A stretch of 61,934 nucleotides of DNA, the filler included, from a bacterium (GTDB lineage Bacteria > JAJRZV01): assembly GCA_024275095.1 (NCBI GenBank). It is 4 parts of 4 records of this genome, joined end to end, with 100 filler letters (N's around TTAATTAATTAA, not from the genome) between each part and the next. Parts side by side here need not be neighbours in the genome. Positions count along the whole stretch, not along the records: positions 40,960 to 57,253 come from JAJRZV010000018.1; positions 57,354 to 61,934 come from JAJRZV010000134.1; 2 more parts are not named here. One strand, written 5' to 3'. Shown in pieces: positions 53,172 through 61,934 of this stretch (its first letter is position 1; every line of letters starts with the position of its first letter). The notes beneath the pieces are model-generated. The model was given only the letters and a program-made list of their open reading frames with translations, had not been told where the DNA came from and did not search any database. The position numbers were made by a program, and so were the translations under genes.

Positions 53172-54434
53172 TCACAATTCATACGTAAGTTTTCCCATTC
53201 CCTTAATTCTCCACGTATATTCTACACCCCCGGCAATACTTACAGCTGCTGTAATTTTTACATTTTCAACCAACTCGTATTTTAACGAAATGGTAGATTC
53301 ATAACTCCAGAGCATATCCTCACGAACTTCCTCATCAAAAACATCCCACACTGTATCCACGTTCCCTTGCAAGGAAGTCAGGATAAGTGCACTGGCAGCA
53401 AAACGAAGTTCCGTATAACTGGTGTCGGAACGCAACCTCGAAGCATGAAGTAACAGCAGGTATCTCTCCCCGTCAAAATAGCGTTTCGCCTTTATATAAA
53501 TACGATGAGCTGCGGTTCGGCTGTCCGCATACATCAAAAATTCATACCCTGTGCCCACCATCACACCTGACACCTCGAACAATCCGGAAACTTTCAAATT
53601 TGCGTAATCACCTGATGCAAACACACTTAAAACAGACTGATTCCCGAGAAAACTCATTGCACTTTTCGTCCCTGCCTCTACAGCAAACAGTTTCCACATT
53701 CGTGAAGCAGGGTAATATGAAAATGTCACAGATGAATCATGCAGTCTGCTGTAAGTAATATCATAACTCAAATATCCGGTAATATTCATCGAAGGAGAAA
53801 TATGAAACCAGCCGTCAAATCCGAGCCTGTTAAAATTCACGTCTTCACGTTCTTTTTGCAAAAAATACGAAACCCCCAATTCTGCCCTGGTCCCCCACCG
53901 GTGACCTGCTCTAAATCCGGCAAGCCAGTCACCTTTGCGTGACCCATCCATATCATTGAGAGGAATGCCCGTGTAAAGATTTATCGAAGTTCCACCTTTT
54001 GTGCTGAACGATACATATCCACCATCCATCTGGAGTGTAAGAGGGGCTGCACCTGCATTAATCAGCATGCGTCCCACCTTCGTATCCAAACGGGCATCAC
54101 TGCTTCGGAAACGCACATATCCGTAAAGGAGACTACCCTTCCAGCGCTCTTCCTTCCACCAGTCCCACGTTTCCACTTTCGCCCAGCCGGAAAAGACAAC
54201 TTCGAGTCCCTTCACCCCAACATCCAGTGCTTCAATATCAGCAAACTCGTAAAGAGGAGCAAGGGTCGCTTCAACATTACCTCTGACATCCGGATAAACG
54301 GTAACGATCGTGCGTAATCTTGTGTGCAGAGAATAAGCACTGCTACTTGCAGGAACTCCGACGGATAATACTGCAAAAAAATATAAAAAGAAAAACACTC
54401 CTCTTGAGCACATAGACGTAAAGGAGCGATTCAC
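53172..54434 (-). CDS. Predicted outer-membrane beta-barrel (porin partner of the cytochrome)
   Basis: Signal peptide, alternating aromatic-rich strands throughout, C-terminal KLTYEL; SD AAGGAGG; 3 nt from the cytochrome gene. Confidence 0.72.
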   Translation of the reverse strand: MNRSFTSMCSRGVFFFLYFFAVLSVGVPASSSAYSLHTRLRTIVTVYPDVRGNVEATLAPLYEFADIEALDVGVKGLEVVFSGWAKVETWDWWKEERWKGSLLYGYVRFRSSDARLDTKVGRMLINAGAAPLTLQMDGGYVSFSTKGGTSINLYTGIPLNDMDGSRKGDWLAGFRAGHRWGTRAELGVSYFLQKEREDVNFNRLGFDGWFHISPSMNITGYLSYDITYSRLHDSSVTFSYYPASRMWKLFAVEAGTKSAMSFLGNQSVLSVFASGDYANLKVSGLFEVSGVMVGTGYEFLMYADSRTAAHRIYIKAKRYFDGERYLLLLHASRLRSDTSYTELRFAASALILTSLQGNVDTVWDVFDEEVREDMLWSYESTISLKYELVENVKITAAVSIAGGVEYTWRIKGMGKLTYEL

Positions 54435-54567
54435 CCGGATCCTCCTCCTTTAGAAATGGAAATCAAAATCTTTTCAGACTTTACTGCTGAGGCTAATAAA
54501 AATCAAGCACCCGACCCCGGATTTCTATCGCAAAAAGCAGGTCTTACAGGTATATTGAAAGTATAAA

Positions 54568-55173
54568 ATGAAAACAGGTGTGCATATCGCCGGTGTGGTC
54601 CTTGTTGGTGGCAAAGGTAAACGTATGGGATGTGACAAACTATCCCTGGTTATTCGAGGGCATCGTGTGCTGCAGTACGTGGTAAACGAGCTTGCACAGG
54701 TCTGTGAGGAAATCATATTCGCGGGACGCAGTGGAGGACCCCGGATCACCTGCCGCAAGCCCACAAACTGGATACCTGATATCATACCGGAACGCGGGCC
54801 GCTCGCTGGAGCAGTCTCGGCTATGAAACATTCAAGAGCGCTCTGGTTTTTGATAATCCCATGTGATATGCCATTTTTAAATGCAGCGGTATTTCGACGC
54901 TATCTCGCTGAAAAAGAAACAGCCTCTGTTATTGTTTCTCCGTTCCGCGGTTTTCCTGTACTGATACACCATTCAGTATTACCAGTGCTGGAGAAAGCCC
55001 TGAAAATGGAAAGTCTTTGCTTTTTTGACGTAATATTTCAGGCTTCCTCCGTACGAATGCTGTCCAGGGAGAAACTTGCAGACCTCGGGAATCTCGATGT
55101 AATCTTCTGTAATATTAACACACCTGAAGATCTTTCATTTGCAGAACAGGTGTTCACGTCCGTGTGGATGTAA
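54568..55173 (+). CDS. mobA: Molybdenum cofactor guanylyltransferase
   Basis: LVGGKGKRMG.DK, GPLAG, PCDMPF, NINTPEDL. Confidence 0.9.
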   Translation: MKTGVHIAGVVLVGGKGKRMGCDKLSLVIRGHRVLQYVVNELAQVCEEIIFAGRSGGPRITCRKPTNWIPDIIPERGPLAGAVSAMKHSRALWFLIIPCDMPFLNAAVFRRYLAEKETASVIVSPFRGFPVLIHHSVLPVLEKALKMESLCFFDVIFQASSVRMLSREKLADLGNLDVIFCNINTPEDLSFAEQVFTSVWM

Positions 55174-55179
55174 ATTCCA

Positions 55180-55422
55180 ATGAAAGTAAAAGTTAAATAT
55201 TTCGGCATATTAAAAGATATTACCGGTGTTCCAGAAGAAACCCTTGTCACGAATACAGCAACCATTGAAGAGCTGCTTCGCTCCCTTGCAGCACGTTATC
55301 CCCTGCTGGCACAACATATAGAATCAGTACGTGTTGCTCTCAATGGTCGGCTGGTGGATAAAAGCAACTCTGTTGAAAACGATGGTGAAATAGCACTGCT
55401 TCCTCCTGTAAGCGGAGGCTAA
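55180..55422 (+). CDS. moaD: Molybdopterin synthase sulfur carrier
   Basis: 80 aa, VKYFG, ends LPPVSGG. Confidence 0.92.
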   Translation: MKVKVKYFGILKDITGVPEETLVTNTATIEELLRSLAARYPLLAQHIESVRVALNGRLVDKSNSVENDGEIALLPPVSGG

Positions 55423-55424
55423 AA

Positions 55425-55856
55425 ATGGGAAAAATCACTCGCAATCCCATAAACATTCAAAAAGTTATAGAAGACGTGTCACTACCTCACTCAGGGGCGG
55501 TGGCTGTATTTACCGGGACAGTGAGAAATCACGACCGCGGTAGAAAAGTGGCTTATCTCGAATACGATTGCTATGAAACAATGGCTGATGAAGAACTGAT
55601 CAAAATTGAAAAAGAATTAAGTAAAAAATACAGACTCAATGCCTGTTGTATCATTCATCGGATTGGTCAGCTCAGGGTCGGAGAAATCAGCCTTATAGTC
55701 GCTGTATCTTCCGACCACAGGAAAGAAGCCTTTGCTGCTCTTTCCGAAGCAGTGGAGATGGTAAAAAAACGTGTACCCATATGGAAGAAAGAATATTTTA
55801 CCGATGGCACGTCTGTGTGGATTAATGGAGAAAAGCTGGAGGTCGGAAATGATTGA
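55425..55856 (+). CDS. moaE: Molybdopterin synthase catalytic subunit
   Basis: GAVAVFTGTVR, HRIG, HRKEAF, KKRVPIWKKE. Confidence 0.94.
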   Translation: MGKITRNPINIQKVIEDVSLPHSGAVAVFTGTVRNHDRGRKVAYLEYDCYETMADEELIKIEKELSKKYRLNACCIIHRIGQLRVGEISLIVAVSSDHRKEAFAALSEAVEMVKKRVPIWKKEYFTDGTSVWINGEKLEVGND

Positions 55857-56781
55857 CATCAGTAACAAATACAACACCCTTCGGTTTGCCAGAGCAAAAG
55901 CCCTCGTAGAATTATCGCTTGATACAATGGAGAAAATCCGTACCGGAAACCTTCCCAAACAGGACCCGCTTGCAGTCGCCCGTGTCGCAGCCATACAGGC
56001 AGCAAAAAAGACATGGGAAATTGTACCTTACTGTCACCCTATACCACTCGATTGGGTTAATGTAGAGTTTGACATAACCGGGAATACCATTTGCATCATC
56101 GCTGAAGTAAAAGCCGTCTACAAAACAGGAGTGGAAATGGAAGCGATGACAGCTGCCTCTGTGGCAGCTATTACACTGTACGACATGCTCAAACCTGTGG
56201 ATGCAGACATTGTTATCCGCGAGATCCGGCTGGAAGAAAAGAAAGGGGGTAAATCTGATTACACAGACACCTATGACAGATCGCTCACAGCGGCTGTTAT
56301 TGTTGTGTCAGATTCAGTTTCCGCGGGTGAAAAAGAAGATCGGGCAGGAAAAGCCGTAATAGCAGAGTTAAAAAAATACAACCTGCACATAGAAGGTTAC
56401 GATATTGTACCCGACGAAAAAGAATTAATAGAAGCCGCTATAAAAAAGTATGCAGATGAGAAAAAAGTGGATATGATTCTCACATGTGGTGGTACGGGCC
56501 TGGGCCCGAGGGATGTGACTGTTGACGTGACTGCAAAGCTTATCGAGCGGGAGGTACCCGGAATCAGCGAGACTATTAGAAAATACGGAACAGAACGCAC
56601 ACCTTACGCCATGCTTTCAAGGGCCATAGCCGGCGTGAGAGGTCGAAGTCTTATCGTAAATCTTCCCGGAAGCACCAGAGGCGCCACAGAAAGCATCCAG
56701 GCCATCATGCCGGGAGTGCTGCACATATTTCACATGATGGCAGGTCGCGGGCACAATAAAAACACAGGAGAAAAAGAATGA
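55849..56781 (+). CDS. moaCB: Bifunctional MoaC/MoaB (MogA-like) protein
   Basis: MIDIS, PYCHP, TGVEMEA (MoaC) then GGTGLGPRDVT, NLPGS (MoaB/MogA); start at ATG 55849 after GGAGG. Confidence 0.92.
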   Translation: MIDISNKYNTLRFARAKALVELSLDTMEKIRTGNLPKQDPLAVARVAAIQAAKKTWEIVPYCHPIPLDWVNVEFDITGNTICIIAEVKAVYKTGVEMEAMTAASVAAITLYDMLKPVDADIVIREIRLEEKKGGKSDYTDTYDRSLTAAVIVVSDSVSAGEKEDRAGKAVIAELKKYNLHIEGYDIVPDEKELIEAAIKKYADEKKVDMILTCGGTGLGPRDVTVDVTAKLIEREVPGISETIRKYGTERTPYAMLSRAIAGVRGRSLIVNLPGSTRGATESIQAIMPGVLHIFHMMAGRGHNKNTGEKE

Positions 56782-57248
56782 CGGATATCATTGTATCCAG
56801 GGCTGTAAAAATCTTGTTTCTCCTCAATCAAATCAATCAAAAGGGCAAGTCCTTCAAAATCACAATTCCCCCCGAGCAGGTGGAAAGGATACTGCGTACA
56901 GCTTACATGGTGTCGCTCATGCTCCTGATTTCCTGCTTTCTCATTTCCTGGTTAGTCTCATTCTCCCTGCTTCTCAAAGGTGTAAGCAGAAAGATTATGC
57001 TCCTTTTTTCCGGTCTCATGTTCGCAATAATGTGGGCTCTTTATCTTTCACTTATGGGACCCTACGGATTGAAGATAGGCACTATACCTGCATCTGTGAC
57101 CATTGTATTCGGGGGAATAACAGGCTGGGCAGTGGGCAGAAATCGAACGTCGAACATTGTGAAATTTGGAGTGGCCCCCTTTGCAGGGGGTATAATAAGC
57201 CTCACATCTTTTCTTCTATTCACCTTTGTATTTAAAAAATTGTTTTAG
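56778..57248 (+). CDS. Hypothetical membrane protein (about 4 TM)
   Basis: ATGA overlap with moaCB; hydrophobic segments. Confidence 0.6.
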   Translation: MTDIIVSRAVKILFLLNQINQKGKSFKITIPPEQVERILRTAYMVSLMLLISCFLISWLVSFSLLLKGVSRKIMLLFSGLMFAIMWALYLSLMGPYGLKIGTIPASVTIVFGGITGWAVGRNRTSNIVKFGVAPFAGGIISLTSFLLFTFVFKKLF

Positions 57249-57253
57249 AAAAC

Positions 57254-57353
57254 NNNNNNNNNNNNNNNNNNNNNNNNNNNNNNNNNNNNNNNNNNNNTTA
57301 ATTAATTAANNNNNNNNNNNNNNNNNNNNNNNNNNNNNNNNNNNNNNNNNNNN
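57254..57353. other. Artificial contig spacer
   Basis: 44 N + TTAATTAATTAA + 44 N. Confidence 0.98.
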
Positions 57354-57497
57354 TTAGGCTTCCCCATGAAAGTGACACTATATTATGAAAGATTTAATAG
57401 TCAAGTAATAAATTAAAAACCTTGATGTTATAGAGATGTTGAGAGCCACACTCCAACCACAGTGACATATTGAAACAGTATTGATATATTTACGCAT

Positions 57498-58088
57498 ATG
57501 CTCGCCCGAGTAATGGATTTTTCTCTTGCATCCATACTTATATTGTTATTCAGTCCCTTGTTTCTCATCATTTCTCTTCTCATCTACATAGAAGACGGCT
57601 CACCGATTCTTTTCTCTCAGGAGCGTCTCGGCCAGGGAGGTAAAACATTTCGAATATTGAAATTCCGCACCATGAAAAAAAACACGGCGGGACCCCTCAT
57701 CACTGCTGCAAACGATACGCGGGTGACGCGCGTGGGAAAGGTGCTCCGGCGCTGGCGCCTGGATGAATTGCCTCAGCTGATCAACGTGCTGAAAGGAGAA
57801 ATGAGTCTGGTAGGCCCGAGGCCGGAAGTTCCCGAATTTGCATGGGCTTACAAAGGACCTTATCAAGAGGTTCTCTCTGTAAAACCGGGCATTACAGGAC
57901 CAACACAACTTGCTTTTAAAAACGAAGAGGAAATGCTCGCACATGCCAGAAATGTGGAGGAATTTTACAGCAATCGCATTCTTCCGCAAAAGCTCCAAAT
58001 GGACCTTCAATACGTGTATCGCAAAAGCGTGTGGTATGATTTAAAAATCCTCTTGCACACTCTGGCGGCACTCGTGAGGACAAAATAA
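57498..58088 (+). CDS. Priming sugar (phosphoglycosyl) transferase
   Basis: KFRTM, LDELPQLINVLKGEMSLVGPRPE, KPGITG. Confidence 0.93.
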   Translation: MLARVMDFSLASILILLFSPLFLIISLLIYIEDGSPILFSQERLGQGGKTFRILKFRTMKKNTAGPLITAANDTRVTRVGKVLRRWRLDELPQLINVLKGEMSLVGPRPEVPEFAWAYKGPYQEVLSVKPGITGPTQLAFKNEEEMLAHARNVEEFYSNRILPQKLQMDLQYVYRKSVWYDLKILLHTLAALVRTK

Positions 58089-58090
58089 TA

Positions 58091-59929
58091 ATGCTCAGTG
58101 AATTTACCAGACGCCTCTTTAAAGCCCTGATGGACGTGGCCCTGGCAACAGCAGCTTATCCGCTGGCGTATTTGTTCAGATATAACATTAAGCCCGAGCC
58201 CGAACTTTTTCCCCAGATGTGGATTACCCTTCCTATCGTGGCTGCATCACGTTTTGTGTTTCTGTATCGCTTTGGCACCTTCCGTTCATTCCTGGCCTAC
58301 GCAGGAATTAACGATATCAAAAACATTATTTCCGCAGTGACGCTCTCCAGCCTCCTAAACATCGTGGCCATCGCGTTTACCTTCCACTTTCAGGGCTTTT
58401 CGAGGGCAGTGTTTCTGCTGGACTGGATGTTTGCCATTGTGCTTCTTTCAGGTGTCCGCCTTGCATACCGGCTTTACAGGGACGTGGCCGCACCTGAAAT
58501 TCCCGCCAACGGCGCTACCCCCAAAAGAGCTGTCATTGTCGGGGCAACAGACCTCGCTGAACACTTCATACGGTATTCGAGAACGCATCCGGGCGGAGAA
58601 CACATTATCGCCATTGCTGACACCCCCGAGCGCAAAGGGCTGGAAATATCCGGGGTTCCCGTGTCGTGTACCATTGATGAGCTACCTCGCTTTGTGATAC
58701 GGCACAACGTTGAACTCGTTATTTTCGCCTACCCATCTGGACAGGAAGAACAGGTCAGCAAAATCGTTCGTCAACTTGCCCACCACGGTGTTGCATTCAA
58801 AACAGTACCGGACCCATCCAATACCCGGGGTGGGCCCGCAGTAATACGCGACCTGGATGTGGCAGACCTCTACCGCCGCGAGCCCATATCCATTGATACA
58901 GCGAGACTCAAACACTCCTTAAAAAATGCGTGTGTACTTGTAACCGGTGCGGCAGGTTCTATCGGAGCAGAACTTTCAAAACAGCTGGCTGCACTGAATC
59001 CGGAACGCATAATCCTTCTCGACCGCTCGGAAAGCGGTCTCTTTCACCTTCTTGAAGAATTCAAACGCACGTGTTCTAACGGGCGACTCGAACCTGTACT
59101 TGCAGACATTTGCAACAGCGAGCGAATTCACCGGATACTCCAGAAGTATTTTCCCGAATTTATTTTTCATGCAGCCGCTTACAAGCACGTTCCTCTTATG
59201 GAGGTCAGCCCCTCGGAAGCCCTGCTGGTCAACGTAATTGGAACCTTCAGGTTGCTGGAGGAAGCAAAACGCTCAGGAGTTAAAAAATTCCTTTATATAT
59301 CCACAGATAAAGCCATCCAGCCGGTGAGCGTTATGGGTGCTACCAAGTACCTTGCGGAGAGGGTGGTGGAAGCATTTGCACAGGAGGATTTTCACACAGT
59401 AATTGTGCGTTTCGGTAACGTAATGGACAGTATAGGCAGTGTAATCCCCATCTTCCGGGAACAGATCCGCCGGGGCGGTCCCATTGAAGTCACCCATCCT
59501 GAGGCCAAGAGATACTTCATGAGCGTGGAAGAAGCCGTCATGCTGGTACTTCAGGCTTTCATTATGGGTGGAAAAGGGGAAGTGTTCGTGCTCGACATGG
59601 GAGAGCCTGTAAACATTACGGAACTGGCCGAAAGAATGATTTCACTGGCCGGGCTCACGCCTCACAGGGATGTTGAAATCAAATTTACAGGCCTCAGGCC
59701 CGGAGAGCGGGTGGAAGAAGAACTGTTTGATAAAGCAGAAAAACCAATATTAACCTCTCATCCTCGCATTCTTCATGCCTTTCGAAAAAGTCCCGTAAAC
59801 AAAGAGTTATTAAAAGAAGTAAAAAAAATAGCTTCTCAAGCACCCTTTCCAGATGACCAGGAAGCATTACAGTTTCTCCAGGACTATGTCCCTTCCTTTC
59901 AGGGTAAGAAAAATAACTTTTCCAAATAA
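58091..59929 (+). CDS. Membrane-bound nucleotide-sugar 4,6-dehydratase, CapD/PglF/WbpM type
   Basis: 4 N-terminal TMs; TGAAGSIG, HAAAYKHVP, STDKA, MGATK, RFGNV, GLRPGE. Confidence 0.92.
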   Translation: MLSEFTRRLFKALMDVALATAAYPLAYLFRYNIKPEPELFPQMWITLPIVAASRFVFLYRFGTFRSFLAYAGINDIKNIISAVTLSSLLNIVAIAFTFHFQGFSRAVFLLDWMFAIVLLSGVRLAYRLYRDVAAPEIPANGATPKRAVIVGATDLAEHFIRYSRTHPGGEHIIAIADTPERKGLEISGVPVSCTIDELPRFVIRHNVELVIFAYPSGQEEQVSKIVRQLAHHGVAFKTVPDPSNTRGGPAVIRDLDVADLYRREPISIDTARLKHSLKNACVLVTGAAGSIGAELSKQLAALNPERIILLDRSESGLFHLLEEFKRTCSNGRLEPVLADICNSERIHRILQKYFPEFIFHAAAYKHVPLMEVSPSEALLVNVIGTFRLLEEAKRSGVKKFLYISTDKAIQPVSVMGATKYLAERVVEAFAQEDFHTVIVRFGNVMDSIGSVIPIFREQIRRGGPIEVTHPEAKRYFMSVEEAVMLVLQAFIMGGKGEVFVLDMGEPVNITELAERMISLAGLTPHRDVEIKFTGLRPGERVEEELFDKAEKPILTSHPRILHAFRKSPVNKELLKEVKKIASQAPFPDDQEALQFLQDYVPSFQGKKNNFSK

Positions 59930-60001
59930 ATTCTTGACAGCCCTGCGTAAAGATGAAAAAATATCAGTAAAATTCAAGAATAAATCCCGAGGAGGGATCT
60001 G

Positions 60002-61756
60002 ATGAGGTGGGGTAAACTTTTAGGGTCTTTATTTGTTGTTATTTTGGTCGGGGCGTGCGCGCGACAGCCGACGCCCCTCGAAGAATATTTACAGGGACGG
60101 GTAGAGGGGCCTGTTGCATACATTCCCGACATTCAGGTGCTCACTATAGCTGAGCGGGTACCGGTGAACAACGATGGAACATTTCAGGCGCTCACGCCCA
60201 CAGACGGAATCAATACTCTCATGGTTGTATCACCCGAAAGCCAGCGCCCCCTGATGCTGGGAATATTCTTTCCTGAAAAATACTACAGGCCCGGTATTGC
60301 CCGATTTGTCGGCGTGGCACCGGTCGTGGACGCTGAAAGCACGGCTCTCGCCCTCGTGCTCATGAACCCGTTCTTCGTCGGAGTCTCTGATAAATCAAGG
60401 GCGGAGATGGCCGAAGTGATCGTTTCTCTCCCGGAATTCCAGGATCTCGTAAACGCTATTGAAAAAGCAGCAGACGAGGACCCCTACCGCGTCCTGGATG
60501 CTTCACGCCACCCGGAAATTTACCGGATGGCCGTTGACATCCTTCCAAGAGCACTTGAGGCCCGATTTGGCACCAGCGAAATCCGGTACCGGCGTAGCGG
60601 TGTCACCATTGATGATTCAAGACCGTGGGTGGAGTGTCCTGATGGCACAAGCATCAACTTCATCAATCCCACCATGGTGTATTACTGGGCAGATATCGTG
60701 CAGTACGACTTTGTTAATGCTGGAGCATCCTGTGCAGATCCTGCAGAGCACTACATTCTCCCCAAAACGCGATTTTACGACCTGACCTGCGTGTTTGAGG
60801 ACATTTCCTGTGTGCTGGACCTGTTCCAGGTTCCACCGGAAGACACGCCCATGGATAATTTCCCGCCGGGTGAAGCTCACCTCGTGAGCATGTACAAGGG
60901 CTTTGGTGACTACACCATTGGACCTGCAACCTGCGGGGCAAAGAAATACGCCATGCTGGCCAACCTGTGGCAGGCTATCAAATACATCCTTACCCTCGCC
61001 ACCAGCGCAGGCAATCTCCTGCCTGAGGGGCACCTCGTGGTTACCGGTCTCAATGCCATCATGGACGAAAGCAAACAGGCGGAATTTAAAGAGGCACTGC
61101 ACTCTCTGGACATGTGGACAGCCATCGACTACATCATGGGAATCGTCGGGCTCTTCAAGGACCAGATCGTGAGCTACCTGGCTGACCAATTTGGTGCTGA
61201 TGCAGCTGATACCTTACTGAGCGCGGCATCGACGGTACTGGCGGACGTGTTCAAGTTCGCTTCCATGGCCTACGAGCTCTCCTCGAGAACGGGGCCCTTC
61301 TTCTACGATTTGCTCACCGTTCCAGAGTACTCCGCTTATTTCGTGGACCCGGATGGCGGATGCCTGGTGGACGGAACCCCCATCATCGTCAAAACACTGC
61401 CCTCCATTATTTCTCCCGGAGGGAAGCTGGTGCTGCTCGGCTTCTTCTTCGGCAATGACAAGACCGCGGGAACTGTATATGTGGGAGGAACCGAGGCTCC
61501 CGTGGTTTTTGACTGGAGAGAAACCAACATCACGGTACAGGTGCCGCTCAACGTGGTGAACAATGCAGTATACGTGGTGGTCAACGGCAAGAAGAGCAAT
61601 GTAATACGCATGAGAATCAAAACATCGGGCGCTGCTCAGGACGAAGGGGGTGGCTGCGTCATGGCTGGAGAGGGCGCATCAGTTCACCCCCTCTATGGCT
61701 TGATATTCCTTCTTCCCGGACTCACAATACTCGCTCTCAGACGCAGGTTCCGGTAA
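60002..61756 (+). CDS. Lipoprotein with IPT/TIG-like domain and C-terminal GGGC-TM-RRR sorting signal
   Basis: LVGAC lipobox; PGGKLVLLG.FFG...GTVYVGG...W..TNITVQVP; DEGGGCVM...hydrophobic...RRRFR. Confidence 0.8.
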   Translation: MRWGKLLGSLFVVILVGACARQPTPLEEYLQGRVEGPVAYIPDIQVLTIAERVPVNNDGTFQALTPTDGINTLMVVSPESQRPLMLGIFFPEKYYRPGIARFVGVAPVVDAESTALALVLMNPFFVGVSDKSRAEMAEVIVSLPEFQDLVNAIEKAADEDPYRVLDASRHPEIYRMAVDILPRALEARFGTSEIRYRRSGVTIDDSRPWVECPDGTSINFINPTMVYYWADIVQYDFVNAGASCADPAEHYILPKTRFYDLTCVFEDISCVLDLFQVPPEDTPMDNFPPGEAHLVSMYKGFGDYTIGPATCGAKKYAMLANLWQAIKYILTLATSAGNLLPEGHLVVTGLNAIMDESKQAEFKEALHSLDMWTAIDYIMGIVGLFKDQIVSYLADQFGADAADTLLSAASTVLADVFKFASMAYELSSRTGPFFYDLLTVPEYSAYFVDPDGGCLVDGTPIIVKTLPSIISPGGKLVLLGFFFGNDKTAGTVYVGGTEAPVVFDWRETNITVQVPLNVVNNAVYVVVNGKKSNVIRMRIKTSGAAQDEGGGCVMAGEGASVHPLYGLIFLLPGLTILALRRRFR

Positions 61757-61788
61757 AAAACATATAGATAACTGCAGAAAGGAATTAC

Positions 61789-61817
61789 CCCCACCCTTTC
61801 TTGGGTGGGGTTTTTTT
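61789..61817 (+). terminator. Rho-independent terminator
   Basis: CCCCACCC-TTTCTT-GGGTGGGG followed by T7. Confidence 0.88.
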
Positions 61818-61934
61818 ATTTAATTATTCCTGCTGCCAAACGAGGAAAATCGTGACATCGAGGTGCGAGAATTTCTCATTTCTCGCACCCGATTTATTTT
61901 ATCCTCGTGCTTAAAACAAAACTACCATGGAAAA

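Noticed and set aside
54545-54567. ModE-like operator (TATATTGAAAGTATAAA) before mobA
   Set aside because: Spacing and flanks do not fit the ModE palindrome; could simply be an AT-rich promoter element.

Overview
Bacterial draft or metagenome-assembled sequence made of four contigs (1-16790, 16891-40859, 40960-57253, 57354-61934) joined by artificial 100-nt spacers (44 N + TTAATTAATTAA + 44 N), so gene order across spacers is meaningless. Gene content (J-domain/TPR proteins, a short DnaK paralog, a giant AgmK-like TPR protein, a GGGC-TM-RRR C-terminal sorting signal, a multiheme cytochrome) suggests a diderm of the former Deltaproteobacteria (Myxococcota/Desulfobacterota-like); this is inference. 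Most of the window is housekeeping: argG, mreBCD-mrdA-rodA, menA, rfbD, mltG, cimA, aspartokinase, fabH, aroF, uvrB, glnB, glutamate dehydrogenase, molybdenum cofactor (Moco) genes, and tRNA-Thr, -Leu and -Lys. Most notable: (1) a predicted outer-membrane beta-barrel plus octaheme c-type cytochrome (porin-cytochrome conduit architecture) in one tight run with tatA and moaA, divergent from mobA-moaD-moaE-moaCB; (2) a lid-less Hsp70 module with a J/TPR partner and a PAS pseudo-histidine kinase; (3) several gene lesions: two in-frame TAA codons at expected Glu positions and a tRNA-Leu C56A change (all read as TTCA to TTAA), plus frameshifts in moaA, a lipoprotein and an MNT antitoxin next to a HEPN gene, which may be assembly errors; (4) a lipoprotein carrying both an N-terminal lipobox and a C-terminal sorting signal. 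No CRISPR array, rRNA, integrase or transposase was seen. All calls come from reading motifs by eye; no database searches were run.
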